Made by a program: the position numbers and the translations under genes | DNA from: Balanoglossus misakiensis | Lineage: Eukaryota > Animalia > Hemichordata | Direction: 5' to 3' | Assembly: GCA_040954595.2 (NCBI GenBank) | Contig: CM082593.2 | Location: forward strand, 5,163,434 to 5,227,433 | DNA: 64,000 nt | Shown here: positions 63,101 to 64,000 of the stretch, piece by piece | Layout: each line of letters starts with the position of its first letter | Numbering within the stretch: position 1 is the first letter of the stretch | The notes under the pieces: generated by a model | Told to the model about the DNA's origin: nothing | Databases searched by the model: none | Seen by the model: only the letters and a program-made list of their open reading frames with translations

Positions 63101-63431
63101 TATTTTCAGACGTCTCACGATGGACAGTATTAATCAAACAAGCAAATATCAAGCAATACGACTTTTATTGATTTCTTGTATAACTCTTGTGCCATTTCCC
63201 TTTCAGCAATCAGGTCTTTGCCTGTTGCAAGTGGTCTTCTGTTGGGGATTGTACGGCGTCAACTGCCTGTGGACGGCGTTCGCCGATGCCAACACCTTGC
63301 CGAAGATGTTCACCGTGGTCGCTCCGATCTTGGCGAAGTCGTCGCCGATCATCAATTCGTACCTGTACATTTACCGAATAAGGAGATTTCGAGGGGCAGT
63401 GGGTGATATGTTCAAACCAAAGGAAGACTGA
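60140..63431 (+). CDS. Retinochrome/RGR-like photoisomerase opsin
   Basis: Exons 60140-60233, 61182-61292, 62158-62337 (VCQTY...SLDRF), 62597-62901 (FGWSSYAIEISGASCALDY; E181-type counterion), 63207-63431 (APILAKSSPIINSYLY; retinal-binding Lys296 equivalent). Seven TM helices, very short loops and tails, and NPxxY replaced by NSYLY. Confidence 0.88.
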
Positions 63432-63853
63432 AAATGTATAGAGGAAACGATTCTGACCTAGCTACTCTCGAGGAGGCACGTCAATTTCATTAGAATGGAG
63501 CATACATTTGTAATGTGGTTTTGTCGATTATCAAACAATGTGTCTAGCAATATATGTTTGTTTTCTCTCACTTGTTGTTTAAAGTACGTAATTTATTCAC
63601 TTTTCCCCGTTTGGTTAAATGGAGCGAATGTGCTCCTTTTACGATAACTCATTGTACTTGAAATGTAGCAATTCATCTGATTTTTAAAAATAAATATATG
63701 TCCAATAACTGATTAAAAGCCAGTGTTACGCTTAAAAATAAAATCGTCCTTTGGGCAGTGCATGTGAATTATTTGATAGCCAAGCGAGATAGGAGTGATA
63801 CCCCCGTTGAGGGCGTAATGCACAGAGCAGTTGGATGTCTCCGGCAAAATAAG

Positions 63854-63920
63854 ATGGATGTCTCCGTATTCATCGAAGCAATGACGACCAGGACTATCCT
63901 CGTATTGGTCGTGTGTCTGG
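63854..63920 (+). CDS. Possible signal-peptide first exon of the next gene (continues beyond the window)
   Basis: AAGATGG Kozak context, MDVSVFIEAMTTRTILVLVVCL, then a phase-1 donor G|GTATGT. No downstream exon is visible. Confidence 0.35.
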
Positions 63921-64000
63921 GTATGTACTTAGTGTATTCTATATTTCCATGGGTACCGCGAGATCGGACATATCTGAACCGCCGGTCTGAACCATTCAAG

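Overview
Gene-dense, intron-rich animal genomic DNA. It is probably lophotrochozoan, judging from the retinochrome-type opsin and the gene and intron style, but the species cannot be fixed from sequence alone. Exons were joined by eye through GT-AG sites. Gene order: 3' half of a cadherin-23-like gene (+); a catalytically dead type II membrane serine-protease homologue (-); intronless TMEM45 (+); a compact 3-repeat CDHR1/CDH23-family cadherin (+); two tandem caspase-6 paralogues (-), one an intact-frame pseudo-caspase (QACRG->EASQG); a secreted selenocysteine glutathione peroxidase (-) with SECIS; NME5 (-); a six-SapB prosaposin (-); selenoprotein U/PRXL2A (+) with UGA-Sec and SECIS; COPS4 (-) head-to-head with LIN54 (+); and a retinochrome/RGR-like opsin (+). 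Several MITEs and palindromes sit in introns. Most notable: the active/dead caspase-6 pair, two selenoprotein genes whose UGA codons both lie inside predicted hairpins, a CDE/CHR element in the promoter of the CHR-binding factor LIN54, and apparent ancient synteny with the human 4/5/10 paralogon.
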